From: Saccostrea cucullata
Taxonomy: Eukaryota
Assembly (NCBI RefSeq): GCF_032062105.1
Contig: NW_026931568.1
Coordinates: 310,001 to 374,000 of the forward strand
DNA length: 64,000 nucleotides
Direction of reading: 5' to 3'
The translations under genes and the position numbers were made by a program. The notes beneath the pieces are model-generated. The model did not search any database. It was not told the origin of the DNA and worked only from the letters and a program-made list of their open reading frames with translations. Below, piece after piece: positions 25,163-38,606 of the stretch; positions within the stretch are counted from its first letter, which is position 1; each line of letters starts with the position of its first letter.

Positions 25163-28100
25163 AACTGCATTTTTTCAAGATTTTTTTTTATGAAAAAAAT
25201 CTTTATAAAAAATGTCTGTCTTTGGTGCTAAGACTGTTGTTTTGGAAAGTTTATCAGTTTGTTTTAAAAAAATCCTTACAATATGCAATTTGACATGACG
25301 GACAATTGGCATAGTACTATATTATTATTCTTTTAATTTATCAAATTACATGTAGATTAGAATAACTATACTTTTATCATTATTATTGTTCTTTAGTTAA
25401 TTTATATTAAAACATACTTTTGAATTATATCTTTTTGGAAGTCACTGATCGACGTGGAGTTATCATAATGAAATTTCTGAAAATCTCTTCACATATCTAT
25501 CTTAATGTCTTTTGTACTTCTTAATTAATTTTCGAAAAATATAAGTTCGGGAAAAAAATTAAACGATCATTTTCAAATTCACAGAGTTTTTAAACAACGT
25601 TTTCAAAATCTTTACGGTCACTATTATTGCAAATAAGTTAAAAGATGCTACGGTTTACATCTTTCAAATATTTCTGTGAAATATATTTCATATAGCAGTA
25701 GTAAAATTGAATCTTAACTGACCAAAATTACAATATAATATTTTTCGAATAGATAATTCCTCGAAAGGTTCACAGAAGACCAATTCTTGAACAAATTAAA
25801 CATGCAGTCAGCAATGTTTGTGTTAAATGTTGGAGGCATCAATTCATTTTTTGGAATCGGTGCAAAAGTAACAAACGCTAGCTAATTATATAAAATGACA
25901 AAACTCTAAGCAAATACTGGTGACGAAGTTATGTAAACAATAAACGACTTGAACCACTCAGGAGGCTTATCATAACAGTTGCAGACTTGAGTTCGTGCAA
26001 ATATTGGGGAAGTGTACGGCTGAAAATAGATCAGCATCTAAAATAATTATGCACATACTACACGTATGTAAGTAATGAACACCGTAATTAAAATAGGAGA
26101 ACCTTTATAAATCTAAATATTTTTTTTATATTGCTGTTTTTCATTGGTAGCATTTGAATGTTGAACTATTTTAATTCTTCACAAAATACGTTTTGAATTT
26201 AAACACAATTAAATAACAATTCTGTCAAATTGCTATGTAGCGTGAATCATCCAGTTTTCAATGTCTGTTCTACTAACAAAATAATCTTAAAAAAGCCTGA
26301 AAAATACTTCCTTTTCTTTGCGCACACCAAACATGTTTGTTCTCTTTTATAATCATAGTAGCATAACACTTCATCCAATTCCGCTATTTACTTCCAGTCC
26401 AAATCGTTTTATCATGTTAATTCTTCCTTAAAGTGGGGTATCATGCAGTTCCATTTCGTGAACTCCCACGAGGATTTTTAAAAATACATTGTTCCCATGC
26501 GCTTGCTCAATTGTGAGAGGAAGTAAATTATATTTTTTAAAAATATTCCCCTTCTATTTTATCCACGTCTGTACTTAACAATGGATGAAATACACGTGTA
26601 CCTGGCTTCACCGTGAGATAAAGTCTAAAAATATGTAAACCCGATGACATCCATCTGGTCAAGGTAAGTGTTTGTGTTTTTACACCTTGTAAAGAAAAAT
26701 CTTTTGGGTTCAATGGTGCAATGATGCAGATCGGTAGAAATAAAAATACACATTTCTCATATAAGAATAAAGCTGTTCACACTTGGTTTCATCATTCGCT
26801 TCAACTTCAAGTTCAACGACATGACAAATCCACAAGGGCGATATTAAAATAATTGCACTTTCGTTTTCAGATTTCCAAATAAAAAGAGCTCATTGACAAG
26901 GAAACTGGTGTATTTGAATGTTTCTACAGCGCATTTACAGAAAAAATGATATTATAAGAGCCTCATTTTATAACAGTAAGTATATGCTTATCATTATATT
27001 GATAGACCATACGCAAAAAGTACATCTATCTCGAAAGATATGAATATATGCCCACCATCAGATGTTATATATCGGTATTCGCTTGTATCTTAAAATATGA
27101 ATAAGCTATTGATAGAAAAACTTGTGGTACAATAATTTACAATGCAACAAAAAAAAACACGGAAATTACTCATCACAAAATGCATGTATACCATGATAAT
27201 TCCTGGGGAGAAGCATGGACTCTGTAGAAGATTATGGATCACACATGAAAAAAGAAAACATTGACACTTTGTTTAAGTAGATTAAATATCAAATAGATGT
27301 TAAAATCTCAAATTTAGAGACCGAGGGGCTAAAGGAAAGCCATCTATCCCTTGGTCTTCAATAAATTGGTAATGAAACAAAGAAAAAATAGATGTATTGT
27401 TGAATCGTTTACAATGCAACAGAAAACAGTCTCCGCCCCCGGAAATTACTCATCACAAATGATTTGTGACACGTATATCAAAAATAACTCCGCCCACTTT
27501 ATAACTTTGCAGCATCCACTGTGTGAGGAAAAGCATCCGCAGTATATATATATTTCCACGGAAAACGTAAAATACTATCGGTCAAATTTGTTTTGACAAT
27601 TTAACACGTAACGAGTGATAGTCAGTCTTAATGGATGAATTGGAGGATTTAACTGTAATTGTTGTGATCTATTGTTATAATTGTAGATGGAGATTTATCA
27701 TAATTTATTTCAGGGGTCTTAAAATCCCGGTTTAACTAGATTTTCATTTTCAAATTGAATTGCGACATTAAAAAAAGTGAAAGAGACGTGTGGCTGTCAT
27801 CAGCGAGAAGGATTTTTTCCGTGATAGCGAATTTTCCGTTTCGTGTGGATTGTTCAAAATTAGGTACAAAGGATGTTTTCCGTTATTGCGATTTTTTTTT
27901 TACTTTCGATCGAAATTACGTGTAGATTCTGTGTGGAATACATTTTTAGAAATTGATTGAGAAATGTTGACATTCTACATTCTCAGGAAAATACCGGGTA
28001 TTTCTTAAAAATTAATTATAGGAAAACATCAGTATTTATTATGTGTACGTGCTAGCTTTGCTAAATTGAATCAGATTTATTTTTAGACCGTGCTGTATTT

Positions 28101-28716
28101 TAGATACAGAATAGTTGGCAAATACACTGTATACATACAGGGCTAATACAGAACGGAAAGTAGCTCCGCCCACCACAGTCCCGTTCTGTATTGCTAATAC
28201 AGAACAGTAAACTTCAAAGAAAAACACCGCTATCGTGTCACAAATTCAATATACATATGAATATTTATGTCCCAGCTGACAAAGCAGGTACATGTAATAC
28301 CACTGTTTTTGCAAAGCTGATTGTTAGATTTGCATTTTAGAGGAACTGGGATTTTATTCTGGGGGTAATAATTTAACTTATAACCATAGTTCCCCTTCTA
28401 AGGATGTATTATCTCATCTTTAAATATTTTTATATTCCCAACAATCGAATTGAATTTGATTTACCCTATCCGCACTGGATTTCTATAAGCTAGACAGCAA
28501 TCCTTAGGAATAAAAGATACATAATGGGTAAGAGTGAGTTTTCTTCGAAGTTTCCTTTTTACTCCACTTTAAAATATAAACATCGAAGAAGAAGCTGTAG
28601 AAAAAGTGGTGATAATCAAATGTGAATACTCCAAAAAAACTGTCAGAAAATGTGAAATTACAACATTTTACCAAAAACAATAACATCAAAACTTACAATT
28701 TTTAAAGCACTTTATA

Positions 28717-29761
28717 CGAGGGTTGTTCGAAAAGTTCGTGGACGATGTCTATCTTCGTCATATTACCCACTAGAAATTTAAAATAAGCACAATCTAAAAT
28801 GTAAAAATATTTGTTTTGTTGATGTGTGAAGTTTTCTTCGATTCGATTGAACAGAAATCAATTTACTTCATTTTAAAATCAACATGTTTAGTACTGTGGA
28901 GCACACTTAACGGCAATATAAGGTCAAATCATAGAATTTCTAAAAAATACTATCCCTACACATTTCACACAGTATAATCCAATATCCACTCATTCAATTA
29001 TTTTTCCTAGACATTTATTTTGTAAGAATTACTCTCGTTGTATAATTTCCTTTGTTAACATTTTAATTTCTTTTATTACTTAACTCTGCTTTCACAGGAT
29101 AAGCAACTCTGAGGCGCCTATGTCTTTCCTTGACGTTAAAACTTTAATTTTTGTTAAGATTTTTACAGTTTTACCGTTTCTCCACAGATTTTCCTCGTCC
29201 GTTACACAGTCTTTGTCACTCAAATACTACCTGTACTATTTGTACACACATGCACAACTCGCTATTGACATATTTTTTTTTATTCCTCCAACAGTTTTAG
29301 AGTTTATTCAGGATTTTTCCTGAGTAAAACACAAAATGGCATCGTTATCTGCTACTCCGTGACGTTCTAAAACGTCATCGTTTTTGTCGTTTTCAATGAG
29401 GACTACCTATCTTCTCAAGTTGATTTCTTTTCAACATAGCAAAATATTAAGCCATAATCTGGAATACGAATCGATGTAACAATTCTTAATTTGAATTTCT
29501 AGGTTGTTTTTCATTTTTGCTCCATTTTACAGAGAACATGACTACAGAAATTATTTAGTCTATTGTTTATTACTTGCTAAATTTTGAACCAATTTTTGCA
29601 TTTTTAAAATCTGGATAAGTTTTGAATAAATCGTTATATTTGAAAAAAAAACCCAAATCATTTGGATTTATTGTTAAAATATTTCTACCCAATTTGGATA
29701 ACATATGACATCAAATAAAAAAGTTATGACAGAAGTCTAGGAACTTATCGAACAACCCTCG
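28717..29761. mobile_element. Tc1/mariner-type non-autonomous element
   Basis: TA|CGAGGGTTGTTCGAAAAGTTC ... GAACTTATCGAACAACCCTCG|TA. No transposase ORF. Confidence 0.85.
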
Positions 29762-30254
29762 TACAACTATTTCCAACGGTAAATTAAAATCCAGAAATCT
29801 TGACACCATTGAATGCTGCTTTAAAAAATTGAACTAGTACAATTATGTTCTTTCATTGCCATTGTTCTTTTGCAAAATCATTACGCTTAAACGTTTTGAT
29901 TGTACAAACCCATTCCAAAGTATCCTAAGGGCTTGTAGATTTTGGAGATGAAGTCTTCCAACAGTACCAAAAGTATTATTTGCGCCCAGTTATAAAAGAT
30001 TTTTTTCTATTCATATGAAGTCGTATTTATTAAAATTATACTTTTGCATGAAAAGAAGGTATTTCATGTTGTGGCCTCCGATTCCAGGTTTTAAAATATC
30101 ATTTTATCAATCAAAACATTCATTTTCATTCCTACATGCACGTTTGTTCGAGATAATCCGTATAAACATGAAATAAAAATTATCAGAGAGTCTGACATAA
30201 CTATTTGTTTCATGTTAGTATACTTTATTAAAAAAGACGTTTATAGTAACTAAA

Positions 30255-31110
30255 CAACAACACTTTATGATAAAGGTGATGATTCATCAATTTTTTCTAT
30301 CTTCAGTTAGCCTTATTTATGCTGCAATACAAATCATTATAACCTGCATATGGGGTAAATGTTAGCTGCAGATCTGTAGCTCTCCGAAAAAAAATTATTG
30401 ATAGACCGGAGAGCTACAGAGCCACCCATTGAAAAAACTGTATATTTATTGCGCACAAAAAAATGCGCTAGGTTCTCGATTTATTTCTCCATTTTTTTTA
30501 AAGCTGTAATCTCAAAATATTACTAACCGTGTGTTCCTAACATATTTTTTGACTCTTTCCACAACAAAACATTCCTCATAATTGTTGTTGATAGTCCTCC
30601 TGGCCCTGATATTGCAATCATCGGACATTTCGCTTATTTATACTGCCATTTTGGTTTCAAAGATAATTCAGTCCAATATGCTTCGTTCAGATGTCAACTA
30701 CGAAAGAACTTGATAGAGGAGAGAGTAATTTTTTGAAATCTTCCATTTTTTGCAATTGAGGTAAGAATTTGGAAAAATTAATCAAGAATCGAGCGCACTT
30801 TTTTGTGCGCAATAAATATACAGTTTTTTCAATGGGTGGCACTGTAGCTCTCCGGTCTATCAGTATATATTTTTTCGGAGAGCTACAGATCTGCAGCTAG
30901 GGTAAATGTCTCCAAGTTGATTCGATATGCAAGAGCATGCTCTACATGTACATACGAACTATTTCTAAAATGAGGCAAGCTAATGACAAATGAAATCATG
31001 ATACAAGGATATTCTTGGTCTGGTTTACAATTAATATTTCGTAAATTCTATGGTCTATATAATGACGAGAAGCACACAGCGGGTGTGACCATTGGACCAT
31101 CTGATCCCAT
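30255..31110 (+). mobile_element. Degenerate retroelement RT fragment (Penelope-like), split by a MITE
   Basis: Decayed LYDK.DD, PAYG and SKLIRYARACS-like coding remnants lie on either side of the 30363-30899 insertion. Confidence 0.5.
30363..30899. mobile_element. Long-TIR MITE with 10-bp TSD
   Basis: TAGCTGCAGATCTGTAGCTCTCCGAAAA termini with ~120-bp TIRs. TSD GGGTAAATGT at 30353-30362 and 30900-30909. A partial end copy lies near 9687. Confidence 0.88.
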
Positions 31111-32324
31111 TTCTGCAGTCTTATAAGGTCCATGTTTGCTCTGCTCTTAACTGTCTCAATGAATTTCTGAGTTTGATTCATATTTCTATCTTCATATATC
31201 ATCCTTTAAAATTAGTCTTTTAAAACGACTTAGAATTTTTCAATTTTATCTGTCACCTTCTGGCTATTTAGCTGTATGTAGTCTGTTCCAATGTACTCTT
31301 TGGTCTGGTTTATTTATACTTTTGGTAATTTGACAATTTACGGCTTTTATAAGGTCATAAAATCAATGGAGAATCCCCTTTTCCTGAATAAATGGCAAAT
31401 TCCCCTTTTCTTGATCTAGAAAACATGACTATTGTTCATGCTTGAGACAGGTTTAAGTTTGCGTCAGTTAACAGAGTTTTTAAAGTATTTACATTTGAAT
31501 TAAAGTTTGTGCCATAAATGAAAGAACTAACTACCTTTTCTTGCTGATGATTTTTGTAGAAATGATTGAATGAAATATTTAGAGATAATAGTAATCAAGC
31601 TGAAAAGTCCATTAAACAATGTAAATCAGGAGCAGATCAAATACGAACCTCTTAAACATCAGAGGTGGGATCAGGTGCCATGGAGGAGTTACAGCCCTGC
31701 CGACCGGTCACACCTGCCATGTTCCTTGTCTTGATCGGGAAATAACGGGAAAATCCGTCGTTATTCAGTATGTAAATAATGACCTTACAATTTAATGAAT
31801 AGATTGTATATCAATTTGCTGACAAGGTCATTGTTTCAACAACTATTTCACAATAATTACCTTGTTTCAGAAATTGTTCATACGAAGAGTTTGCTTTTGA
31901 GTATCGAATCAACTGAGACATACATGTATAAACCCGGTATTAAGATGATAAGGGAATATTGGTGCATATTTAAGTAAGGGAAGTTGAAAATAATCATGCA
32001 TTATATCTGCAAGTCGTATGCCGAAATGCGTTTTGTTTTCTTTCGCTTATTTTATCACCCAAGTCATAAACCTCCACCGTTGTCATAACTTTAAACCTTT
32101 CTCAGGAAACAATAATCTTTTATAACTTTAAGTTGATTATTGTTTCTATTTTCAAAAAATTAAAGCTAAAACCAAACGGCACCAAAGAATCACATTTCTT
32201 TACTATTGAAGTACGAAGCCAAGTTCAGCTGAGACAAAAAAAAATGCAGAATATCAATGGAATGTGAAATTTGTTTCTGTTTACTTGTAGAAATCAACGT
32301 CTTCCTTGAAATGCGGCAGTTGCA

Positions 32325-34701
32325 ATGAACAGGCCTAGGCAGTGTGATGACAACATCTACGTAAAAGTTGTCATCATTGGCGACAGTGGTGTAGGAAAAA
32401 CTTCCGTAGCTCAAAGATTCGTCGATGATACATTTTATGATTATACTCCTGCCTCCGTGGGAGGTAAGACTTTCAAGTAAAAGTAAGAAAGAGAGATGAC
32501 AGTAGTAGATCAGATCAAGTTCTTTGCCATAGCTTATTTTGGTAAGTCTCAAGTATTTTAATTGAACAGAATAATATGACTTTTGACATGATTTCAATCT
32601 TTAGAAACCAGAGCAGAAGAAAGAAAAAAAAAGTTTTTATTGAATTCTATATGTTTTCGAAAAAAATGTTGTATTGTGTTTGCTTTAAAAAATAAAGCAT
32701 TTATCAAGCTTTTTTTTGCCAGTTAGATTTCAAGAGTGCTTTATAGTTTACAATCTCTTCGCTGTTTGTCCCCATCTTTGAATTTAGCAGTTACACTGTA
32801 AAAAAATATAACTAGTTAATGTCACGAAGAAAACTAGTAGATTCAATGTCCATACAATCACTACCTTAATAGTAGTTTTACCAGATACTGGTATATTTAC
32901 TAGATAAGATTAGTAAATTTAGAATTGATGAGTAACTTTCACTAGGTATCTAAGTATCTATACGACCCCCGCTCCACAACTGACTATCTTAACCAATAAA
33001 CTGAAAGTTTACTAATCACGGCCAACGCTTTACGAAACACACTAGTTAAATTCACTAGGTTTTTCTTTCAGTGATATATTGATTGTGTTATCTTTATATT
33101 TACAGCAAGCTACTTCATAAAGCATCTGGAAATTGAGGACAGGAAGGTATATTTTCAAATATGGGATACGGCTGGTCAGGAAAATTTTAGGGCGCTCGTT
33201 CCTATGTATCTCAGAAACGCAAAAATCGCACTCCTAGTGTATGATATTACCAAAATGGTGAGTCCGTTAGACTGTCTGTTGCCTAAACATGTTTAGAAAA
33301 TATACTTTAAATAGAGATTTACTTCTAAATTTTGAATGAATACGGAAAACAAATTCAAAATTAATGTTATTTATGTTTAACTACTGCCAATGTTGAAAAT
33401 ATATGAATATAATTTTATTCATGTACATTATTCCTTTCAGAGAAGTGGATGGGCTTTCGCCTACTTCTATGGATGTAGGCGAAAACTTGTCCACTTCTAA
33501 TGTACATTTATATATATCTTTTTTGGAATTGTACAGTGCTTGGACCCTTGGACATGTTTTAGTTGGAAAAATGAAATTAGTTAAAAGATATTAAAGAGAC
33601 CAACTTTGAAATAATTGTCTCCATAATCTCTATAGATCTCGTTCCTGAATTTAGAAGTATGGCGTTCAGACCTTCTTCTAGCAGAGCCAGGAGTTACAGT
33701 AGCGGTTATTGGTAATAAGTCGGATCTCAAGGACGACAGACAAGTTGAAGTCAGGGTATTGTTTAAACAAAATGTTGTTTTTAATGAATTTTATATACCT
33801 TATAGAATTTAAATTCACTATGTCAGTTTCCTAAAAGTTGTTTCAAGTCTTGTTTGAAAAGCACTATATGTTTAGAACAAGTGCCAGACAAATGTTGTTG
33901 ATATGATATTTTATTCAATTTAAGACGTAGTAATAATGCTGTTACATACTGAAATTCATTTGCAAATGAATTGGTTTATAAAAAGTTAAAAACACATAGG
34001 AATATTTTTTTTCTCTATGGAACTTTAATTTTATTTCAAACCTGTCATTCATTTGACCATTTCATATGACACTGTAATCCATGAAATGAGGTTCAACTTT
34101 CTCTTTTTTAATTTTAAGAAAGGCCAGGATTATGCTAATAAACATGGTATGCTGTTCACTGAAACATCTGCTAAAAGGGGGACAAATGTAGAAGAAATAT
34201 TTTTTGAATTAGGTAAAATATTTGTACAAAAGATTTAATTCTTAAAGTAAAGTACATTATATATATTTATTTATTATAAAGAACTATATGCGGTATATTC
34301 AAATTTTGAAAACTTCCTGAAATGTGCTGAATTCAATAAATTGTATGAGAAATATAAATTAACAGAAAATATTATTGTGTCAAAGCAGTGTATTCACAAT
34401 TTTCACAACTAGTCCGATTTTATATCCTTTTTCAGAAAGAGGACAAAATGGACAAAATTTCAACAATTTTAGCTATAAAATTTATAGAGCGCAAGTTTGT
34501 TCAGGAACAATATTGACATACATGTATTTCATTGATATTATCATTTTACACATTATATCAAAATATTGATCCTGAACACACATGCGCTCGGTGACTTTTA
34601 CTCAAAATATCGAAAAAATATGTACATTTTTCTGTAAAATGCATAAAAAACTGAAATTTACGTCATGTTTGTGACGTCATTACGTATATATGGCGTCATT
34701 A

Positions 34702-34779
<78 letters not shown>

Positions 34780-35088
34780 CATCAAAGTTTGATTTGGGGG
34801 GCAAATATTGGTTATAACCGAATAAAGTTCTTTAATCAAGTCAATAATTTACTTTGATATAAGTTAAACATTTGAAATATGTAGTGATTATAATTTGATT
34901 TATCTTGATTTATTGTTAAAAATATATAATAAATAGAAAATTTAATTCTTGAACTTAGTTAATATTGTATTCAATATCTTTTAGGATCCCAAATTGTTCA
35001 GCAGAATATAAAGGAGCAAAATATCAAAACTGTACAACTTGGATTAAGTGGTGAAAGAGAGAAAAAACTAAAGGATTGTTGTAATTAA
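32325..35088 (+). CDS. Divergent Rab5-family small GTPase (copy B)
   Basis: Exons 32325-32463, 33106-33257, 33636-33755, 34119-34212, 34985-35088. Motifs GDSGVGKT, PASVGASY, WDTAGQENF, GNKSDL, ETSAK and C-terminal DCCN. Confidence 0.9.
32794..33073. mobile_element. CACTG...CAGTG MITE (CACTA/EnSpm-like) in intron 1 of Rab-B
   Basis: CACTGTAAAAAA ... TTTTCTTTCAGTG with internal ACTAG motifs. Confidence 0.5.
34704..34776. repeat. (TA)n microsatellite
   Basis: Direct observation. Confidence 0.95.
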
Positions 35089-38000
35089 AAAAAAACAACA
35101 AACACAACCCCTTTTTTGTACAGTAATGCACACTTATAGCGAAAATCCTTACAATGAATTGATTCTCACAGGAAAGTGTTTTTCATTTCCCATGACTTTC
35201 AATTATTTTGTACACTTATTGGATGTATCAATTTGATTTACGCTTATAACGAAGCAAAATTGTCCATCCCTTGCATGTCGTTATAAGCGTGTTTTACTTA
35301 ATGTAGATTTTGCGAAGAGTAGGTGTTATCCAAAAGTGACTGAAACAATATGAAGTTTTAATTATTTCAATAAACTTCAAAATTTAAAGACAATATTTTT
35401 TGTAACAGATCCAGTAGGAAGCAATATTTGTTAAATTCTTGGCAAACACTATATGTTAAAAATATGATATAAATTTTGTTACATATATAGTTTTGTATAT
35501 CCTATTAATTAATGCATGCTTTTGCACTTATATGCCTTTGCATGCATAATTATTCATATGAATAATGTTATATTTGTAAACAAGAAATAATGTTACAATA
35601 AAAAAATCTTATTTTTCTTTTTAGATCTTTTTATTTGAATACTTTATAAAAATGTTTTACCACCAAAATCCCTTTTTGTAATAGGTGATTTTCCCCCAAA
35701 ACTAAAAATGCTTTTAACATAATACATGTACATGTACATGTATATGTTTATTTTTAACCTAGGTGGCCTTAAACTCGATGTTTATATATATTGACTTATT
35801 TACAAAATCAGTATATCCTTGTGAACTTGAAATAAAAGATCTGATACATGTACATCAGAGTCTAATATCTATTTAATCTTTGGATATTTAATTAGAAAAA
35901 GTTGACAGTGGGTACTTAACATCAAAACTTTGTGATAAGACGATCTTTAAAAAGATGTTTGGTTTCCCTTTCCCGACCGACTGGCTAAAAATGACCCGAC
36001 TCAACTTTTTTTAAAGAGGGATTTTTGTCTGGTTTCTGACTAGAAGAAATATTCAAATATTTGCTTATTTGTCTTATATATTCCAATGTGAGAGTTTTAA
36101 AAGGTCGTTTTTTTTTCCTTCATCATAATTGCACAACTTTAGAAATGGTAAACTGAGTTTGAAATCTAGTAGGGACTGCTAGTATATTTTTGGCGGAATG
36201 GCGGCGCATGAAAATATCTTCTTTATTGCTTCTCAAATTAAAGTATTATAGAACAATGAACTTATTTATAATTTTTACACAATCAAAGTCACGAGAGGGC
36301 AAGCAAAATTATTTTAAAGATGGCTTAAACGCGATGTCGATTTTATCATATTTTTTGTTATCGTAAATTACCCTTACTTAAAAAGCAATTAATTTCTTTT
36401 TCCTAATTGTTTTGATACGCAAGAGTGTGCTATACGAATGAGCAATTCCTCAAAAGAAGCAAGCTAGCCATTAGCAAAACAGTTGATGACACAAGAATAT
36501 CAACAGACTAGATTAAAGTGATCACTTCGCAAGTTTTTATGGTAAATACAATGATCATATCGGCAAATACCATCAAACCTTATAAAGGTCGAATGACTTT
36601 TTCGTTCTTATTGTCAGGCAATTATTTATACGAGGGGTACACACTGCATATGAAAACCACAATTCAGATTAGAATAATTCAGTACACACATAGCCATACA
36701 CAAGTTTATAAATAGCATATGCTGAATAAAGTTTCTCTCCTTGTTTGTGATCACAATGTGAAAATGACGCACTATTTAGGTCACTGTGACGAAAAATGGT
36801 TGTCTCAGTCGAACTCGTTCAACAAACGACTGTACAATTTATTGCATATCTTAGAAATCCCTCTACAGTATCATATAATAATTTGTAGACAGTTTATTGA
36901 GATAAACTAGTTCCTATAAATTCAATTAATGATTGGATTAATCGTTTTAGTGAAGGAATGCTGATGGTTAAAAATGTATTTATTGCCCAGTGAAAGCAAG
37001 TTTGAAAAGATATGTATTTTTAATCATGCAATTTGGTATCAAAGACCTCCAATTAGGACTTTGAAAAATAGTTGAATATTTGAACAATGATATAAGTATT
37101 AAATACCTAAGATATCGTTTACTTTAGATTTTAAACATATTAGATATGCAAAATCCACCTTGAAAAAATGAAGATTTGTGTTTAAATGGTCGCCATGCTT
37201 ATTTTTGGAAAGGATATTCTTATCAACCCATTCTGTTGCCGAGATATGATCATTTCTGACAAATGAACTGTTCTTGTCATAAAAATTAACTCACATGGTC
37301 AGAAAAATCTGTCATATTAATGACAATATACGTGATTCGCGCATGCGCAGAACGGTGGTTGATGTGCATTAAAATCGGAGAGGAAATTAAAATATAATCA
37401 ACATTAAAACCAAATATTGTTTCTTGTATGGAAGTTATTCAATTAGTTTGACCATTGTCTACAGATCGTTTTTAATCAAAAGTCGGGTGTCAAATGACTT
37501 ATATTTCTTTTTTTGTGACATCATGGCAAAAACGTGGAAAAAATGAAGGTGACGTAATGGATATGGTATTTGGGCGATCACTAATTGTACAATACGGTAT
37601 GTCATATTAATGACAATTACAGTAGCGTAGCTTAAATGAAATTAAAAAAAAAACTTAATATTCCTTGACCTTGAAATCTATTTTCAAAATCAAATGACAT
37701 ATTTTTTTTTATCTAGAGCATACCTTAAAAGTTAACAGTTTAAAAAGAAGTACAACTCTACTTGCTGATTTAATTTGCTGATTAGAGTATTTGTGTAAGA
37801 GAGCATAAATACATGTACTCAGACAGACTTTTTATTCCCCACATAACAAAAAGTTTCACGTGCTTTACTATAATATATCATTTGATAACAAATTTAAAAT
37901 TTCTGATTATAAAAACCATAGCTTTTTCTATACAAAAATCTTACGAAGCTCATTTTCGTCAGAAATTACAACAAAGTTGCAAGAAAGATGTACATGTAAT

Positions 38001-38606
38001 GAACTTTTGGTTTTTTATTGTTATTCTAACAGAGATTATATGAAATACTCAAAGACTGTGAGAGGTTAACTCATATCTCTTTGTTGGTCAAATGGAGTAA
38101 AGCAGTTAATATTGTACGAGTCACAGTACAAAAGCCGCTCGTGTGCAATAATATGTAGAGAAGAAACAAATCCTCTGTGATTAAAAATAAATTCTTCTAG
38201 AGTATAAAAAATTGGAAAATCAAATGCTTAAAAGCATGAGCGGAAAGAAATTCTAGATAAAATAAAGCGTATTTGCTGTGAATAAGTGCAAAATTAATGA
38301 AAATATAAGCTATAAATAATTCTCAGGGGCAATATAAACAAACATATAAACCAGGCTTTAAGGCAACTGATTCTACATGGAAAAAGTTTCTAAACACAAA
38401 ATAAAAAGTAGGACGACAAATAAGGCCAACGAAACACATGAAACAGTAGTCTAAAATAAAATAAAATGCTTAGTGGTAATCATGGCTAGGATTTTGCATA
38501 ATCATCCATAATGTTACTAATTTACAAAAGCTTGGCATTGCATTATATTTCTTCCACAAAAAAGCTTCAGTATAAATGAAAACAATTTCAAAAAATCTTC
38601 TAGTAA

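Noticed and set aside
22887-32597. Minus-strand ORFs 22887-23129, 23390-23590 and 32190-32597
   Set aside because: They are antisense shadows of the Rab exons.
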